From: an uncultured Actinomycetes bacterium | Lineage (GTDB): Bacteria; Actinomycetota; Acidimicrobiia; Acidimicrobiales; SZUA-35 | Direction of reading: 5' to 3' | DNA: 64,000 nucleotides | NCBI GenBank assembly: GCA_902826025.1 | Contig: CADEDH010000010.1 | Coordinates: forward strand, 55,146 to 119,145 | Position numbers and translations under genes: made by a program | Notes under the pieces: generated by a model | The model's database searches: none | Told to the model about the DNA's origin: nothing | What the model saw: the letters and a program-made list of their open reading frames with translations, nothing else | Shown here: piece by piece, positions 1 through 9,087 of the stretch | Numbering within the stretch: the stretch's first letter is position 1 | Layout of the letters: each line of letters starts with the position of its first letter

Positions 1-414
1 GCCGGTGCCGGTTTCGGCCGCCAGGCTCCGGAGCTGGTTGAGCACGGCATCGCGGTCGGGGAGGCCGGCCCGCACGCCGGTGGGCGACGCCGAGTCGATA
101 GGGCCCACGTAGTTGAGCCCCATGAACGTGCCCGACATGCGCAGGTGGGTGTGGGGGTCGATGAAGCCGGGGAGCAGCACCCGGCCGGCGTAGCGGTCGT
201 CGATCGTGTGGGCGTGGCGGCGCAGCCACGGCGCCATCGAGTCGAGCGTGCCGACCGACACGATCCGGCCCCCGGCCACCGCCACCGCCATCGCCCCGGC
301 CCGATCAGGGGGCCCGCCGCCGGCGGAGGCCGAACCATGGGGCCGGCCGGGGTCCATGGTGTGGACGCGGGCCGCGGTGTAGACGGTGAGGTCACTCCAG
401 TCGGGTGCTGCCAT
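1..414 (-). CDS. Amidohydrolase-superfamily metal-dependent hydrolase, N-terminal part (gene continues beyond the left edge of the window)
   Basis: Hand translation of the minus strand from the ATG at 414..412 gives MAAPDWSDLTVYTAARVHTMDP...GRIVSVGTLD...RVLLPGFIDPHTHLRMSG. PGFIDxHxH is the first metal-binding motif of amidohydrolases. It is absent from the ORF track because there is no stop codon inside the window. Confidence 0.6.
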   Translation of the reverse strand, partial: MAAPDWSDLTVYTAARVHTMDPGRPHGSASAGGGPPDRAGAMAVAVAGGRIVSVGTLDSMAPWLRRHAHTIDDRYAGRVLLPGFIDPHTHLRMSGTFMGLNYVGPIDSASPTGVRAGLPDRDAVLNQLRSLAAETGTG

Positions 415-462
415 GGCCGCGAAGTCTCGCACAGGAACCGCCGGGCCGTGCTCGGCGCGGGC

Positions 463-969
463 TCAGAAGGGGGCGTCGAAGCCGGCGACGAGGCGGGCGA
501 TGCGCCACACTTCGTCGACCTTGCGCATCTCCAGCCGGTAGGGGCCGGTGGTGACGGGGGCCATCACGCTCTCGGAGGCGGCGGTGAGCAGGAGGTAGGC
601 GTGGGCCACGGCGGTCGACCCGTCGAGGTCGGTGACCACCACGTTGGTGAAGATGTGGCGGCGCTGATCGGTCTGGACGGCCCAGAACCCGGTCAGGAAC
701 TCCACCACTGCGTCCCGGCCCCGATGGGGTTCGATGGCATCGAGCCCCATGATGCTGCCTTCCCAGATGCCGTCATCGGTGAAGCAGCCGCCGAGCGCGG
801 CCTGGTCGCGCTCGTCGTAGCCCCAGCCGTAGCGGTGGATGCATTCGGCGATGGCCAGGCGGTCGGCCACCTGGCTCGGGTCGGCCGCTCCGGGGGGCGG
901 GAGTTGAACGTGGCCCGACTGTGCCGCCCAGGCCGGGTGAGGTTGGTTCGCCGTCATACCCGCCAGCAT
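463..969 (-). CDS. SnoaL-like / NTF2-fold protein
   Basis: 168-aa ORF. IAECIHRYGWGYDERDQAALGGCFTDDGIW...FLTGFW...RHIFTNVVV is typical of SnoaL_4-type NTF2-like domains. Confidence 0.7.
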   Translation of the reverse strand: MLAGMTANQPHPAWAAQSGHVQLPPPGAADPSQVADRLAIAECIHRYGWGYDERDQAALGGCFTDDGIWEGSIMGLDAIEPHRGRDAVVEFLTGFWAVQTDQRRHIFTNVVVTDLDGSTAVAHAYLLLTAASESVMAPVTTGPYRLEMRKVDEVWRIARLVAGFDAPF

Positions 970-998
970 CGTCGGGCCTCATCTGGGCCCGCAAGCGG

Positions 999-1841
999 TC
1001 AGCGGCGGTTCTTGGACCGGAACGCGCTGGCCATCAGCTCGGGCCGGTAGGCCGACACGGGCTGGCCAACGGCGTAGCGGTAGAGGGCGGTCTGGTATAC
1101 GACCGACAACGCCGACATGACCACGGCCACGGCGAGCAGTCCGAGCACGGCGACCACCAGCGCCGGTACGGCAACAACGGTGGAGCCCGACAGCACGCCG
1201 ATGGCGGCCACGACGATGAAGGGGAGTGAGGCGACGAAGCCGATCAACCCCATCCCCAGGTGGCCGGCCAGGCCCTCGCCCCACACCGACCGCAGGAGCC
1301 CGCCCGAGCGCTTCACCGCTTGACCAACGCCCACGTTCTCGATCACCAGGATCGGCAACACCAGGAAGGTGACGGCGGCCCAGGCCAGGCCCCCGAGGAA
1401 ACCGAGGATGGAGCCGAGGACGCCGGCCCGCTCCTGGATCTGGCGGATGACGAGGCTGACCGTGGCCGACACGACGGCCCACGGCAGGATGCGACCGATG
1501 CGGGACGTGGCCCCGCCGATGGCCGATCCCAAGGTCGGATCGCCGCCGCTCATCCGCACGTTGGCGCCGTGGATCAGGGCCGAGTTGAAGAACACGGTGA
1601 TGAAGGCCAGCACCACGTAGAGAACGAAACCGAGCCCATAGGTCAGCGGGCTCGGCGCGGCTCCCGTGGTCTCGTCGAGCGACCCGATGCCCATGCTGGC
1701 CAGGAGGGGGATGGCGAAGATGGCGACGATCAACAGGGAGGCGATGCCGGAGATCACCGGGAGGGCCAGGAGTTCCTTGTCCTGGCGGACCATCGCCCAC
1801 GACGCCTTGAACAACTCGACCGAACTCTCGATTCGTCCCAT
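999..1841 (-). CDS. Polytopic membrane protein (DUF6159-like), function unknown
   Basis: Multiple hydrophobic helices. The N-terminus MGRIESSVELFKASWAMVRQDKELL resembles the conserved start of this membrane family. Start chosen at the internal ATG at 1841; the ORF opens at 1859. Confidence 0.65.
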   Translation of the reverse strand: MGRIESSVELFKASWAMVRQDKELLALPVISGIASLLIVAIFAIPLLASMGIGSLDETTGAAPSPLTYGLGFVLYVVLAFITVFFNSALIHGANVRMSGGDPTLGSAIGGATSRIGRILPWAVVSATVSLVIRQIQERAGVLGSILGFLGGLAWAAVTFLVLPILVIENVGVGQAVKRSGGLLRSVWGEGLAGHLGMGLIGFVASLPFIVVAAIGVLSGSTVVAVPALVVAVLGLLAVAVVMSALSVVYQTALYRYAVGQPVSAYRPELMASAFRSKNRR

Positions 1842-1889
1842 GGCACCAGTATGAACCACGCCAGGCCGCTGGCAGGGTCGGTTTGTCTG

Positions 1890-2036
1890 TCACACCGGGC
1901 GGAAGTGCTCGACCAGGACGCTGCGCCCGTCGGTGTCGTCCCGGACCCGCCGCACCAGGCCGACCACCTCCAACCGGTCCACGATGGGCGACACGGCCGT
2001 GATAGAACTCGTGTCAAGTGCTGTGTGTCCTCGTAC
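1890..2036 (-). pseudogene. MarR-type winged-helix remnant (recognition helix and wing only)
   Basis: The tail of the minus ORF 1890..3119 reads ALDTSSITAVSPIVDRLEVVGLVRRVRDDTDGRSVLV. This matches the MarR pattern (vdrLe.kGLv.R..d..DrR.v.v) but lacks the N-terminal and C-terminal dimerisation helices and has no in-frame ATG. Confidence 0.35.
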
Positions 2037-2075
2037 CAGAAGCCATATGGACCTGCCCCAAGGAGGCCTGAACCA

Positions 2076-3068
2076 ATGAAGCTCGCCCTCTACCTGCCGA
2101 ACTTTCGCGATGAGGTGACGGTCAAGGAGCTGGAGGATCTCACGGCGCTGGCCGAGGAGCTCGACTTCGACTCGGTGTGGACGCTCGACCGGATCGTGGT
2201 GCCCGAGGCGTCGGACCGCCAGGAGCTGCAGTACCCGTTCGGCATGATGGAGGCCTTCCCCAAGGCCCTGCCGGTGTCGGCCCGGGGCCAGTGGTACCAG
2301 GGGTGGCCCCTGATCCCGTGGCTGGCGGCCAAGACCACCAAGGTGCGGATCGGCATGAGCATCACCGACACCCCCTACCGGGCCCCCGGGGTGCTGGCGG
2401 CCGAGATCGCCACGGTCGACCACCTGTCCAACGGTCGGATCAACGTGGGCGTGGGCGCCGGCTGGATGCCCGAGGAGTTCGCCGCCGCCAGCGCCTCCCA
2501 CATCTATCCCAAACGACACAAGCACGTGCGGGAGACGATCGAGATCATGCAGGGCATCTGGACCAATGACCTGTTCGAGTACCACGGTGAGTTCGCCGAC
2601 TTCGACCGGTGCGGGTTCGGGGCCAAGCCGCTGCAGGATCCCCATCCGCCGATCTACTTCAGCGGCCTGAAAGACCCGAAGCGGTCGGCCAACCGGATCG
2701 CCAAGTACAACCTGGCCGGCTGGATCGGCATCCAGGACACGCCCGAGGAACTGCTCGACTGGCGGGGCCCGATCCAGCACGAGCTGGAGGAGCTGGGCAA
2801 GCCCGGCGCCATGGACAGCCTCGAGCTGTGCAGCATGTACTGGTTCGTCATCACCGATGAGTCGTCCGACCAGACGCCGGCGGGCAAAGCCAGCAACATC
2901 CTGATCGGCACCGCAGCCCAGATCACCGACAACCTCAAGCGGCTGGCCGAGGCCGGCCTCACGATGCCGCTGATCTGGCCCCCGTTCTCCGACGTGCCGG
3001 TGTCGAAGACGCTCGACGATCTCAAGCGGCTCAACGAGGAGATCCTCCCCAAGGTCAACGCGGTCTAG
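2076..3068 (+). CDS. Luciferase-like monooxygenase (LLM) family, F420/flavin-dependent oxidoreductase
   Basis: MKLALYLPNF...LDFDSVWTLDRIV...RIGMSITDTPYRAPGVLAAEIATVDHLSNGRINVGVGAGW. AGGAGG RBS at 2061-2066, 9 nt upstream of the ATG at 2076. Confidence 0.85.
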   Translation: MKLALYLPNFRDEVTVKELEDLTALAEELDFDSVWTLDRIVVPEASDRQELQYPFGMMEAFPKALPVSARGQWYQGWPLIPWLAAKTTKVRIGMSITDTPYRAPGVLAAEIATVDHLSNGRINVGVGAGWMPEEFAAASASHIYPKRHKHVRETIEIMQGIWTNDLFEYHGEFADFDRCGFGAKPLQDPHPPIYFSGLKDPKRSANRIAKYNLAGWIGIQDTPEELLDWRGPIQHELEELGKPGAMDSLELCSMYWFVITDESSDQTPAGKASNILIGTAAQITDNLKRLAEAGLTMPLIWPPFSDVPVSKTLDDLKRLNEEILPKVNAV

Positions 3069-3099
3069 CTCCCGCCGTTCGAGGGAAGGAACCACCACC

Positions 3100-4011
3100 A
3101 TGCAGTACGACGAGGTCATCGCCGTCTATTTCGCCGATCCGACAGCGGACGGGACGGTGCCCGAGCCGACCCGGCGAGCCTCGGTGGCCCGCCGGCTGCG
3201 GGATGCCATCGAGCCGATCGCCATGCACCCGGTGTGGTCCCGGACCACCAACGAGGCTCAGGCCGCTCTCGGGCTCGACTTCTTCTCCGGCTACGCCTGG
3301 GGCCGGGCGGCGGCCCTGGGTGAACCGGCGCCGGCGATCGTGGTGTCGTCGTTCGCCGTGTTCGAGCCGGGGTTGATCGGCGGGGTCTACGACGCCGGCC
3401 GGAAGATCTGCGGCCGCGACCAGCTGCTGGCCACCCGGTTCTCGGCCACCACCGCCAGCCTCACGGCGGTGCTCGACGGGACTGGGGGCGATCTGCCCGC
3501 TGTGGCGGCCCGTCTCCGGGAGGCGGCCCTGGGTCTCGACCAGGCCGGCCGGCCCCTGTACGCCGGGCTGGCTGCGATCCCGCTGTCGGACGACCCGGTG
3601 GAGGTGCTGTGGCGGAGCGCCGAGATGATCCGCGAGCACCGGGGCGACTCCCACATCGCCGCCTGCGTGGCCGCCGGCCTCGATCCCATCGCCATGAGCA
3701 TCCTGACCGAGCTGTGGGTCGGCTACCCGCTCGGCGAGTACTCGGGCAGCCGGGGTTGGGCACCCGAGGCGCTCGCCGCCTGCGCCGATCGACTGCGGGC
3801 CCAGGGCCTGCTCGACGGCGAGCAGCTCAGCGCCGAGGGGCTGGCCTTTCGCGAGCGGATCGAGGACGCCACCGACACAGCGCAGGCCCAGCTCGTGGCT
3901 CGGTTGGGCGACGACGTCGAGGGGCTGCTGGCCCACCTCAACCAGTGGTCGGCCCGCTGTGTGGAGGCCGGCGCCTTCCCGCCCAACGCCTACAAGCGGG
4001 CCGCCGGCTGA
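3100..4011 (+). CDS. Conserved actinobacterial hypothetical protein (recalls the SCO6745-like family)
   Basis: 303-aa ORF, 31 nt downstream of the LLM gene. ARRLRDAIEPIAMHPVWS...FFSGYAWGRAAALGEP pattern. The family name is from memory only. Confidence 0.55.
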   Translation: MQYDEVIAVYFADPTADGTVPEPTRRASVARRLRDAIEPIAMHPVWSRTTNEAQAALGLDFFSGYAWGRAAALGEPAPAIVVSSFAVFEPGLIGGVYDAGRKICGRDQLLATRFSATTASLTAVLDGTGGDLPAVAARLREAALGLDQAGRPLYAGLAAIPLSDDPVEVLWRSAEMIREHRGDSHIAACVAAGLDPIAMSILTELWVGYPLGEYSGSRGWAPEALAACADRLRAQGLLDGEQLSAEGLAFRERIEDATDTAQAQLVARLGDDVEGLLAHLNQWSARCVEAGAFPPNAYKRAAG

Positions 4012-4065
4012 CCCGGGCCGGCCTCACCCGTTCGTGCCCCCCCTCCGAGAGAGACGAGCCAACAG

Positions 4066-4545
4066 ATGACCACAGATCGCCATTCGACCAGCCGCCGGGT
4101 GAACGCCACCCCGGCCGCCATCTTCGCCCTGCTCACTGACCCCGCATCCCACGCCGCCATCGACGGCTCGGGGATGGTGGAAGCGGCAATCGACGCCAGG
4201 CCCGTCGCCGCCGTCGGCGACACCTTCGACATGGACATGGACCGAACCCCGATCGGCGACATCCCGGGGATGGTGAAGTACAAGGTCCGCAACCACGTCA
4301 CCCGGCTCGAGCCGGACCGGCTGATCGAGTGGGCCACCGGCGGGATCGGCACGCCCCCGGTCGGGCACCTCTACGGCTGGCAGCTCGAAGCGGTGGGCGA
4401 CACCGAGACCGAGGTCACCCACTACTGCGACTGGTCGGGCATCTCCGACGAGGCCCGCAAGCGCATCCCCTGGCCCGTCGTGCCCCTAAGCATGCTGGAG
4501 CAGTCGGTGGCCAACCTGGGCCAGCTCGCCACCGGCGCCGCCTGA
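4066..4545 (+). CDS. SRPBCC (START / polyketide cyclase-dehydrase-like) family protein
   Basis: 159 aa. STSRRVNATPAAIFALLTDPASHAAIDGSG...VTRLEPDRLIEW is typical of SRPBCC ligand-binding proteins. Confidence 0.7.
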   Translation: MTTDRHSTSRRVNATPAAIFALLTDPASHAAIDGSGMVEAAIDARPVAAVGDTFDMDMDRTPIGDIPGMVKYKVRNHVTRLEPDRLIEWATGGIGTPPVGHLYGWQLEAVGDTETEVTHYCDWSGISDEARKRIPWPVVPLSMLEQSVANLGQLATGAA

Positions 4546-4560
4546 GAGCCTGGCTCCGGG

Positions 4561-5082
4561 TCAGGACCCGTTGCGGTAGGTGGCTTGGCCGAACGCCACG
4601 ACGGTGAGGAAGGCAGCGGGCAGAGCGAAGGCGAAGGCCAGGGCGGTGGCCTGGCCGGTGAACACGCCGATCCCGATCCCCACCGCCGCCCCCAGCGCCA
4701 GGCTGATCAGCACCCGTCGTCCCAGCCGGGCGAGGCCTTGGCCCGAGAGCGACGCCAGGCCCTCGAACGTCTCGGCGTAGTAGTGGCCCCGGCCGGGCGA
4801 ACCCCAAGCAGCGGCGGTTGTCTCCCAGCGGTCGCTCGCTTCCTGCGACATCTCGGGCGCTGCTGACGGGGCGGGGCCGGTTGCCTCTGCGGCCAGCTCG
4901 GCGTCGTAGGCCCGTCTCCTGTCGGGGTCGCCTAGCACCTCGTAGGCCTCGTTCAACAACCGGAACACCACAGGATCACCGCCGTGGTCGGGATGGGCCA
5001 CCATGGCCAGCTCCCGGTACCGGTCCCGGATCTCGCGCTGGCTGGCCGAGGTCGGCAGGCCGAGATCGTCGTAGTACGACAC
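4561..5082 (-). CDS. J-domain (DnaJ-like) protein with C-terminal transmembrane helices
   Basis: MSYYDDLGLPTSASQREIRDRYRELAMVAHPDHGGD...YEVLGDPDRRRAYD contains the HPD motif. The C-terminal segment LISLALGAAVGIGIGVFTGQATALAFAFALPAAFLTVVAF is hydrophobic. Confidence 0.8.
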   Translation of the reverse strand: MSYYDDLGLPTSASQREIRDRYRELAMVAHPDHGGDPVVFRLLNEAYEVLGDPDRRRAYDAELAAEATGPAPSAAPEMSQEASDRWETTAAAWGSPGRGHYYAETFEGLASLSGQGLARLGRRVLISLALGAAVGIGIGVFTGQATALAFAFALPAAFLTVVAFGQATYRNGS

Positions 5083-5176
5083 GGGCCGAATCTACTGGCT
5101 GTGGCCGGAGCCGTTGGCGCGCCCGGATTCGATGGGCCCCGCACGGGGTATCCGGTGGGAGCCGAAGGGAGGCCAC

Positions 5177-5572
5177 GTGGCCGGAATCGCCGTCATCACC
5201 GAAGCCTGTATCGACACCAAGGACCGGGCTTGCGTGGACGTCTGCCCCGTGCAGTGCATCTACGAGTACGACCCGGCCAAGGGGTTGCTGTTTTCCGAGG
5301 TGGAGCACGGAAGCGGGGAGATCGAGAACACCCACGTGCCCGATCCCGACAACATCGCCATCTTCGGCGACAGCATCCTCTACGTGAACATGGACGAGTG
5401 CACGAGCTGTACCGCCTGCTACCAGCCCGACGTTTGCCCGGTGGGCGCGATCTACTCCGACGAGCACGTACCCGACGGGGCAACCCAGACGCGCTACAAC
5501 TCGACCGATCCCAACAAGGGAAACGACCACACGTTCTTCATCGCCCACAGTCGTGCGGTGTTCGCCGACTGA
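5177..5572 (+). CDS. Ferredoxin, 7Fe-type ([3Fe-4S][4Fe-4S])
   Basis: CIDTKDRACVDVCPVQC plus CTSCTACYQPDVCPVGAI cluster motifs. GTG start at 5177, preceded by GAAGGGAGG at 5164-5172. Confidence 0.8.
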   Translation: MAGIAVITEACIDTKDRACVDVCPVQCIYEYDPAKGLLFSEVEHGSGEIENTHVPDPDNIAIFGDSILYVNMDECTSCTACYQPDVCPVGAIYSDEHVPDGATQTRYNSTDPNKGNDHTFFIAHSRAVFAD

Positions 5573-5600
5573 GCGTCGGCTTCTCGACCCGGCCCGGCCG

Positions 5601-5625
5601 CCGGCGGCAGGCTTACCGCCGCCGG
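5601..5625. terminator. Possible bidirectional hairpin at a convergent gene junction
   Basis: ccggcggc (5601-5608) and gccgccgg (5618-5625) form an 8-bp G+C stem with a 9-nt loop. It lies between the ferredoxin (+) and the methyltransferase (-) and overlaps the methyltransferase stop codon. Confidence 0.25.
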
Positions 5626-6200
5626 GTCCAGACCCGGAGCTGGAACTGCTCATCGTCGAGATGGACGACGGGCGACAGGAAGGCAAGGGTGTCGTCGATC
5701 CAACGGTGGACGGCGTCGGCGGTGCGGGGATAGTCGGTGGGTCCCGTGTAGTGGACGGCGACGAAGGTGCCGCCCGGTTCGAGCCAGCGGCGGATACCGG
5801 CCGCAGCCACTCCAAGCCCGGCGTCGGTGAGGTAGTAACCGACCTCGGACCACACGAGCAGGTCGCCCGTCCCGTCGGGCCAGAACTCGGGGAACCGCTC
5901 CTGATGCACGGCGACGTGGTTCAGGGGGCGGAGCCGGCGGCGGGCCCGGGCCACCACGTCGTCCACGAAGTCGAAGGCGTCGAGATGGTCGCATCGGCGG
6001 GCCAGCCGCTCGGTGAGGGCGCCGTTGGCGCAGCCCGGCTCCAGCCCCCAGCGGTACCGGGAGTGGGGGAGCGAGGCCAGCGTGAGATCGTACTTCCGGT
6101 GCTCGTACCAACTGGTCTCGAAGTCCCATGGGTCGTCGTGGGCCTGGTAGAGGTCGGCGAAGTAGCGGTGGTCGTGCGAGGTGGCTGCCGGCTCTGCCAT
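5613..6200 (-). CDS. Class I SAM-dependent methyltransferase (NodS-like)
   Basis: YFADLYQAHDDPWDFETSWYEHRKY...GLEPGCANGALTERLA. Its start overlaps the upstream stop (TGATG at 6198-6202). Confidence 0.8.
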   Translation of the reverse strand: MAEPAATSHDHRYFADLYQAHDDPWDFETSWYEHRKYDLTLASLPHSRYRWGLEPGCANGALTERLARRCDHLDAFDFVDDVVARARRRLRPLNHVAVHQERFPEFWPDGTGDLLVWSEVGYYLTDAGLGVAAAGIRRWLEPGGTFVAVHYTGPTDYPRTADAVHRWIDDTLAFLSPVVHLDDEQFQLRVWTRRR

Positions 6201-7258
6201 CAGAGGTCGCCGCCCCCGCAGTCGGTATCAGGATCGGGATCGGGTCGGGCTGGTAGCGAGGCCAGCTGAGCCAGGTCTCGCTCGCCGTGGTGTTGGCGGA
6301 GGTAGAGGTGGAGATCGGCGATCCGCTGGGCCGTGCCCGTGCCCGTGCCGGTGCCGGTTTCGGTGACGAACGGCCGGGGGCCGAAAGCCTGGCTGAAGCG
6401 GTCGGCCATGGCGGTGGCGGCCCGTTCGATGCTGTGGCGGGTGGCCAGGGCCCGGTAGCGGGCGGCGGTGCCGTCGCCCGGGGCGGCGTCGGAGGAGCGG
6501 CCGGCGGCGTCGAGCAGAGCCCGACACGTCAGGTCCCAGGCCCGTAGCTCGCCCTGCGCCGCCCGCTGGTAAGGGTCGTCACCGGCCAGGATCTCGGCCT
6601 GGTCGACCAGCCCGGCAGCGGCGCCGGCCCAGCAGGCGGCGGGGCCGATGGCTCCGTGCCAGAACCCGGGCCGGGCCAGGTACCACCCGGGCGCCTCGAC
6701 GGGCCGGGCCGGGTGACGGGCGACGTGCAGCGATCCGGTGGCCGTGTCGGCCAGGGCCGGGGTGGCCCAGGGGCCGGGCTCGGTTCGCAGTGTGGAGCCC
6801 GCCGTGAGATCGATGTCGAGGAGCCAGGTTGCTCCCCGCTCGTCGTCGGCCGTGACCAGGGCCCGGCTCACGATGCCGAGGCCCGAGCAGAACCGTTTCA
6901 CCCCGGAGAGGGTGCCGCTGCCCCGCTCGAAGCGGAGCTCGCCCGGGGCTCCGCCCGACGCCCAGACGCCGTACAAGCCCCCTGGCGCACCCGGGCCGTC
7001 GGGGGCGTGGGCCGTGCCGGACTCGGCCAGGATGGCGAGGGCGTCGAGATGGGCCTCGGCCAACCGGGCCACGCTGACCGACCCGGTGCGGGCCCAGCGG
7101 TGCAGGGCCCGCCACCGCCAGGCCGTGCCTCCCCCGGCCGGCGCCGGCAGGGGACGGGAGACGAGCGCCAGCGTATGGCGGCGGAGATCGGCTCGCCGAT
7201 GGGGTGACGGGAACCACCGTGCGTCATCGGGCTGCGGCGGGTCGGGAGCCGAACTCAT
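6200..7258 (-). CDS. Acyl-CoA dehydrogenase-like protein (divergent)
   Basis: The middle and C-terminal parts are ACAD-like (GVKRFCSGLGIVSRALV..., AQRIADLHLYLRQHHGERD). Start chosen at the ATG at 7258, which overlaps the upstream stop by 4 nt (ATGA). The C-terminal tail is low-complexity (TG repeat, PD repeat). Confidence 0.6.
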   Translation of the reverse strand: MSSAPDPPQPDDARWFPSPHRRADLRRHTLALVSRPLPAPAGGGTAWRWRALHRWARTGSVSVARLAEAHLDALAILAESGTAHAPDGPGAPGGLYGVWASGGAPGELRFERGSGTLSGVKRFCSGLGIVSRALVTADDERGATWLLDIDLTAGSTLRTEPGPWATPALADTATGSLHVARHPARPVEAPGWYLARPGFWHGAIGPAACWAGAAAGLVDQAEILAGDDPYQRAAQGELRAWDLTCRALLDAAGRSSDAAPGDGTAARYRALATRHSIERAATAMADRFSQAFGPRPFVTETGTGTGTGTAQRIADLHLYLRQHHGERDLAQLASLPARPDPDPDTDCGGGDL

Positions 7259-7998
7259 GCGTCGAGCGAGTCGAGCGCGTCCAGGGCGACGAGGTCGGCG
7301 GCGAAGCCGCCGGGGGCCCGGCCCTGGCGCCGGGCGCTCGTCGCCACCACGATGTCGGCGGTCGACCGGATCGGCCAGCCGTGGACGACCAGCCGGTTCC
7401 ACAGGTCGTGGTCCTCACCGGTGGGTATGGCCCGCCATCCGCCGACCGACTGGTAGGCGTCGGCCCGAACGCCGAGGTTGGCGGCGTGGACGTGGGAGTG
7501 CGAGCCGTCGGGTCGGATCAGGTAGCTGTCGTCGAACCGGCGGCGGAACCGGGGATCATCGTCGGCGTCGCCCAGGAGCCGTACGACCCCGGCCACGCCG
7601 ACCACACCGACCCTGGCGTGCCCCAGCTGACGCTCGATCCAGTCCGTCGGGACGATCGTGTCGGCGTCGGTGCTGGCCAGCCACACCGTCGGCAGCGGGT
7701 GCGATGCCAGCACCGCGGAGGCCAGGCCGGCGGCGGCCCCCAGACGGCGGGCGGCGCCGGCGCAGCGGAGATCGGCCGCCACCACCAGGTCGGGCGGGCC
7801 GGTGAGCCGGAGTCGGGCCCGGGACTCGGTGGTGTCGCCGCAGGAGTCGACGACCACGACGATCGAACAGGTGACCGTGGGGGCCACGGCGGCCCGGGCG
7901 GCGTCCACCGCGTCGAGGGCGGCGTTGATGCGGCGGCTCTCGTTGTGGGCCGGGATCACCACCACCACGTGGCCGGTCGTCGGGATGTCCCGGGTCAC
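7255..7998 (-). CDS. Family 2 glycosyltransferase
   Basis: VVVVIPAHNESRRI...VVVVDSCGDTT...STDADTIVP...GEDHDLW. The GTG at 7998 overlaps the PIG-L stop by 4 nt (GTGA). Confidence 0.8.
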   Translation of the reverse strand: MTRDIPTTGHVVVVIPAHNESRRINAALDAVDAARAAVAPTVTCSIVVVVDSCGDTTESRARLRLTGPPDLVVAADLRCAGAARRLGAAAGLASAVLASHPLPTVWLASTDADTIVPTDWIERQLGHARVGVVGVAGVVRLLGDADDDPRFRRRFDDSYLIRPDGSHSHVHAANLGVRADAYQSVGGWRAIPTGEDHDLWNRLVVHGWPIRSTADIVVATSARRQGRAPGGFAADLVALDALDSLDA

Positions 7999-8729
7999 GG
8001 GCGCCCGGCGAAGTAGTACTCGTGCCGCCACTGCAGGGGCTCGAGGTCACCGCTGGCCAGTATGGGTGGGGTGGTGCCGTCGGGGCCGACGAGCTGGCTG
8101 CGATGGTGGGCCAGCGCCTCCCGCCGGCGGTCCTGATGCTCGTCGGGAATGGCCAGCCGGCGAAGGCCCGGGGCTGGAGCGGTGTGCGTCCAGGCCCAGA
8201 ACAGACCGGCGGCCAGAACGGTCGACCGCTGGGCCGCCACCACCGCAGCGGCCCGCCCCACCGCCTCGTGGTCGGTGTGGTGGTCGTGGGCCCAGGGGGC
8301 GACGATCAGGGCCGGGTGGCCGACGGCCGCCTGCAGGGCGTCGACCAGCTGGGGCTCGTGTTCGGCGACATGGCCGTCGGGTAGCCCCAGCCGGATCACC
8401 CCGGGGGCAACGGCGGGGTGGGGTCCGGCCGGGTGGCGGCCGGCCAGGTGGGCCAGAGCGCTCTCCTGCTCGCGGCGGCGGGTGCGGGCCACGGGTTCCG
8501 GGGCAAGCCCGGGGTAGGCGGCCTCACCGTCGGTCACGGCCACCACGGTGACGGCGGCGCCGGCCTCGAGTTGGCGGGCCAGCAGCCCGCCCATGATCAA
8601 GATCTCGTCGTCGGGGTGGGGAACGACGAACACCGTGCCGCCCTCGAGCGGCGGATCCCAATCGGCGGCGGTCGCACGGGCGGTCGCCCAGGTGAGCTGG
8701 CACGACGCCGGCTGTGCCCGGTCGGTCAC
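7995..8729 (-). CDS. PIG-L / LmbE-family N-acetylglucosaminyl deacetylase
   Basis: VFVVPHPDDEILIMGG...VTDGEAAY...HHTDHEAVG are the zinc-binding motifs of the PIG-L family. Confidence 0.85.
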   Translation of the reverse strand: MTDRAQPASCQLTWATARATAADWDPPLEGGTVFVVPHPDDEILIMGGLLARQLEAGAAVTVVAVTDGEAAYPGLAPEPVARTRRREQESALAHLAGRHPAGPHPAVAPGVIRLGLPDGHVAEHEPQLVDALQAAVGHPALIVAPWAHDHHTDHEAVGRAAAVVAAQRSTVLAAGLFWAWTHTAPAPGLRRLAIPDEHQDRRREALAHHRSQLVGPDGTTPPILASGDLEPLQWRHEYYFAGRP

Positions 8730-9087
8730 TGAACGTGAGGGGCGCGCTCGGGTCGGCCGAGGGCAGGGGAGGGAATCATCCCGCCGGTGTTACCCGCCGG
8801 CCCGCCCGGGATAAACGGAGCCGACCGGCAGCTCGGTCCTCCGGCGAAATCTGTGCCGTCGATGTATCCAGCCTCCAGGCCGGGCCTCTTGGGGGAGCGG
8901 AACCCACTCATCCGTGCCGGGACCCTTCCCCGGCCCGGGGCGTCCCGTCGATCCCATGAACCCACCGTACGTTGACTCTCTCCTCTCCCCGGATGCGTCC
9001 GCCGGCCGGCCGTGCCAAGCTCGTGGCGCTGGGGCGGGCGACCTTCGCCTCGGGCGCGCCCTCGGGGTGATCGAGAGCAAGGGGAGT

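Noticed and set aside
6228-6366. Short tandem repeats: (GTGCCN)x4 at about 6333-6358 and GATCGG-type repeats at about 6228-6250.
   Set aside because: They lie inside the ACAD-like coding frame and encode TGTGTGTGT and PDPDPD linker tracts. They are not CRISPR-like, and the arrays are too short to call a VNTR.
8730-9087. A 360-nt leader upstream of the STAND-cyclase with a nested G+C hairpin (about 8917-8950). I considered a riboswitch or small RNA.
   Set aside because: It resembles no riboswitch consensus I know. G+C-rich DNA forms such hairpins readily, and the true start codon of the gene is uncertain and may lie within this region.
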